A DNA stretch of 63,871 nucleotides, counting the filler, from Octopus bimaculoides (Eukaryota), in assembly GCF_001194135.2 (NCBI RefSeq). It is 5 parts of 4 records of this genome, joined end to end, with 100 filler letters (N's around TTAATTAATTAA, not from the genome) between each part and the next. Parts side by side here need not be neighbours in the genome. Positions count along the whole stretch, not along the records: positions 60,530 to 62,066 come from NC_068995.1; positions 62,167 to 63,871 come from NC_068982.1; 3 more parts are not named here. The stretch is one strand, 5' to 3'. This document shows positions 60,811 to 63,871 of this stretch, one piece after another. A program made the translations under genes and the position numbers. Under the pieces are notes generated by a model. That model did no database searches. It saw nothing but the letters and a program-made list of their open reading frames with translations, and had not been told where the DNA came from. The number at the start of each line of letters is the position of its first letter. Position 1 is the first letter of the stretch.

Positions 60811-60856
60811 GACACTTGATGAAGGCTGGAGAGTATATCAGCCGAAACGTTGTGTT
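60811..60856 (+). ncRNA. Minimal type-I hammerhead ribozyme motif (C3>U variant) in a Penelope-like terminal repeat
   Basis: GACAC-TTGATGA-A-GGCTG(loop)CAGCC-GAAA-CGTT-GTGTT. Stem I is GACAC/GTGTT, stem II is GGCTG/CAGCC, and stem III is a loopless palindromic ACGT. Confidence 0.6.
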
Positions 60857-60980
60857 AACAAGATGAGGACAAATATCTGTCAAATGTAAATAATGTACAT
60901 AATTCCTCATCGCTTAAATATAGAACTATATTAACTCAATGCAAAATTTGTGGGGTTATATCTCCTGAAAGTCTTTCTAT

Positions 60981-61225
60981 GACACAGGTATGGCTGTGTG
61001 GTAAGAAGCTTACTCCCCAACCACATATTTCCAGGTTCAGTCTCACTGTGGGGCACCTTGGGCCAACCAAAGCCTTATGAGTGGATTTGGTAGATGGTAA
61101 CTGAAGGAAGCTCATTGTGTGTGTGTGTATTTGTTTGTCCCCCACCACTACTTGACAACTAGTGTGGGTGTGTTTACATCTCTGTAACTTAGCAGTTTGG
61201 CAAAGAGACCAATAGAATAAGTACC
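60981..61225 (+). mobile_element. SINE family A (partly deleted)
   Basis: gacacaggtatggctgtgtggtaagaagc...gaccaatagaataagtacc. Confidence 0.75.
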
Positions 61226-61255
61226 ACACTTAAAAAAGAAAAAAATTAGTACAGT

Positions 61256-62066
61256 TTTTCTATTCAGGTTGATGAGTCAACAGATCTTATTAATAACTGT
61301 CATGTAGCTTTTGTAAAATTTGTCAGTGAGGGTGAAATTCAAGAAAATTTCCTATGCTGCAAAGAACTACCTGAGACAGATACCTCGTATCTGGAAACAA
61401 GAGGTCTCTCCTGGAAGGACTATGTTGGCATTTGTACTGATGGTACCCCATCAATGGTTGGCTCCATAAAGGTTTTGTTTCTCTTGTAAAACAATAAAAT
61501 CCCAATATAATCTCAACACACTGCTTTCTTTGCAGAGAGGTCTTGGTTTCAAAATCACTTGGAGATGAATTGAAAAAAGTTTTTGACGATGCTACAAAAA
61601 TGGTCAACTTTATTAAACAAAGACCAGTTCACTCCAGAATGTTAAAAGAGTGTGTGAAAGCCTGAACAAAGAACATAAATCTATTGCTATATGCAGAATT
61701 CCAGTGGCTGAGTAGAGGAAAAGTTTTAAATAGGGTGTTTGAGCTGAGAGATGAGTTGCAGAAATACTTTCAAGAAACCAATAGGCAAAATTTTCCTAAG
61801 TGCTTTGAAAACGAAAAATAGCTGCAGAGGCTAAGCTACTTATCAGATATTTTTCATTACATGAATCAACTGAACAAGTCACTGCAAAGCCCCAGAGAAA
61901 ATATACTGGCTTCAAGTGATAAAATTTTTGCATTTAAAAGAAAAGTGGAAAAAACATGTAGCAAAAGGAAATTTTGAGATGTTTCCACTACTTCGTGGGC
62001 TTAAAAGTGAAAAGGGATATCAGAAAATTTCAAGTCTTAGTGAATCCCACCTGGATGTACTATTTA
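61256..62066 (+). pseudogene. Buster-family hAT transposase remnant (ZBED5/SCAND3-like)
   Basis: FSIQVDESTD, DGTPSMVG, THCFLCREVLVSK, QWLSRGKVLNRVFELRDEL, YLSDIFHYMNQLNKSLQ, GNFEMFP. Stops and frameshifts are present; the remnant is cut by the linker. Confidence 0.9.
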
Positions 62067-62166
62067 NNNNNNNNNNNNNNNNNNNNNNNNNNNNNNNNNN
62101 NNNNNNNNNNTTAATTAATTAANNNNNNNNNNNNNNNNNNNNNNNNNNNNNNNNNNNNNNNNNNNN
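62067..62166. other. Artificial scaffold-join linker
   Basis: 44 N + TTAATTAATTAA (62111-62122) + 44 N. Confidence 0.95.
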
Positions 62167-62394
62167 CCATAAATATCGCCATCCATTTAGAGAAAAATTT
62201 GTAGTTTAGAATCAGTAGTTCTTTGACTGCTATTTCTAAATTTTCAGTATGTTGGAGAAGCAACTCAATGCTAATCTCTGTATATTTATGATGATAAATG
62301 GTTTTACCGATAAAGGCTTTTTCATACTGAACTACTTGGCAAAATTGTTAATTATTAATTCTATTATTAATTGACGATTCCCTGCCCTTATTCT

Positions 62395-62431
<37 letters not shown>

Positions 62432-63871
62432 GCAGAAACAGAGAGAGACCAACGTACATATATATATGGACGTACGTATATATTTACATATTTGTGAGTG
62501 TACATATCCGTATTCTTTGATAAATTATGTAAAAAAGAAACATTAATTGAAATCGAAATACCAAAATACAAAATCTATAACTTGAAGCCCCATTTCCAAA
62601 ATAGAAATGCAGAACTCCAGCTCTAATTTAATCAATGATCTTTAGGAAGTAAAAGCACGCATATCAGCGTATTTCCTTGAATTTCATCCTGATGTTAACA
62701 AAAGTCTTACAGATGTCTTTCATTGTGTAAGTTAAGATACGGTATTTTCGCTTTCTTTGATTCAAGTTAACCATCTATTTTCTTCCTTTCTTAACTATCA
62801 ACATAACTACATATATTTAGAATGATACTTTATTTCAATATACGTAATCTCAAATTGCTAAGCATGAGCTGCTGATTATTTAAGCGAATATTAAAGAGTA
62901 AACGAAAAATCCTGTCTATACAATAAATTATAGTAAACTTGGCTCATGCTAACTAAAGATGTGTATTAATCGATTCATACAGAATTATATCACTGTCAAA
63001 AGTAATTGTTTATGGCAGGAATTTCTAAGGTTAGCACATTCGGGTGAGGTGTAATAGATCGGAAAGAGACAGCAAGTGTGTCTTTTCTTTCATCATCGAA
63101 GTGTGCAACAAAGCACATTGTTTCTTTTTTGAAAGTTAATGTTGTGCTGCATTATTTCGATGCTCTTCTAAAATTTCGCTAGTTTCATTCATTGAGCTGT
63201 GGCCATGATAGAGCAACAACACTTAGAGTAAGTGGTTACTCCAACAAATCTTTACTAGTACATATTTTAAGTTTTATAATTTTTGACGAACTGCAATCTT
63301 TCGTGTTTGTAAAGAAACAAAGATTCATTGTCAAATGGTAGTCGTGGAGGGGGGAAGAGAGATACACATACACTCATAAGCACCCAGACAACCTAAACAT
63401 TCACACACACACATTCAAACGCACGCACACATACACTTCCATACATGTATACATACATATATACATACATATATAGATACACATATATATATATATAAAT
63501 ATATATATGACTATATATTTATATAAGGGCATTACTATACAGTAATGCCTCGCGCTTAAAGAGACTTTATAAGTCAACACTACCAAATTAAGCACATATT
63601 TACCGATCGCGAGGGAATGCAACTTTCAAAGCAAACCTCCTAAAAGCTTTTAACTTAACGGCAAACCACTGGTTTCATAATTAATACAGCAAAACTATGC
63701 AGTAAGCTGCATCTTTTATTCATCAGTGCATGTATGGTCAAGACACATAAAGAATAAACAAAAATCAACATACCCTGATGTACCCAACACGGTACAATGA
63801 ATATATATATGAATATATATACATACATATACATATATATACACACACACACACGCACACACACACACACA

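Overview
AT-rich, gap-ridden eukaryotic DNA dominated by microsatellites and transposon remnants. The repeat families look like those of an octopus/cephalopod genome (recognised from memory, not searched). Four identical 100-bp linkers (44 N + TTAATTAATTAA + 44 N) show the window is at least five joined scaffolds, so adjacency across 26.1, 50.8, 60.5 and 62.1 kb is not guaranteed. The only well-supported host gene is the 3' part of a + strand PMP22/claudin-clan tetraspan gene: an exon at 29468-29720/29724 and a probable terminal exon at 33641-33815 ending in -LYV. Several other exon-like segments, including an SH3-like one near 931-1022, are speculative. Mobile DNA includes several tRNA-derived SINE families; LINE remnants of the Tx1, CR1/L2, RTE, R4/Dong, CRE and Penelope-like types; Tc1/mariner elements with DD36E, DD37D, DD41D and DD34D-type signatures; a Buster hAT; Helitrons; and many MITE/foldback hairpins. 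The most system-like signal is a SINE family that shares its 3' tail with Tx1 LINEs and stacks head-to-tail with them in (TTA)n tracts, and whose head also abuts a LINE ORF1-like 5' end. Also notable are MITEs carrying TTAGGG repeats and a minimal hammerhead ribozyme motif. No rRNA, true tRNA gene or CRISPR array is supported.
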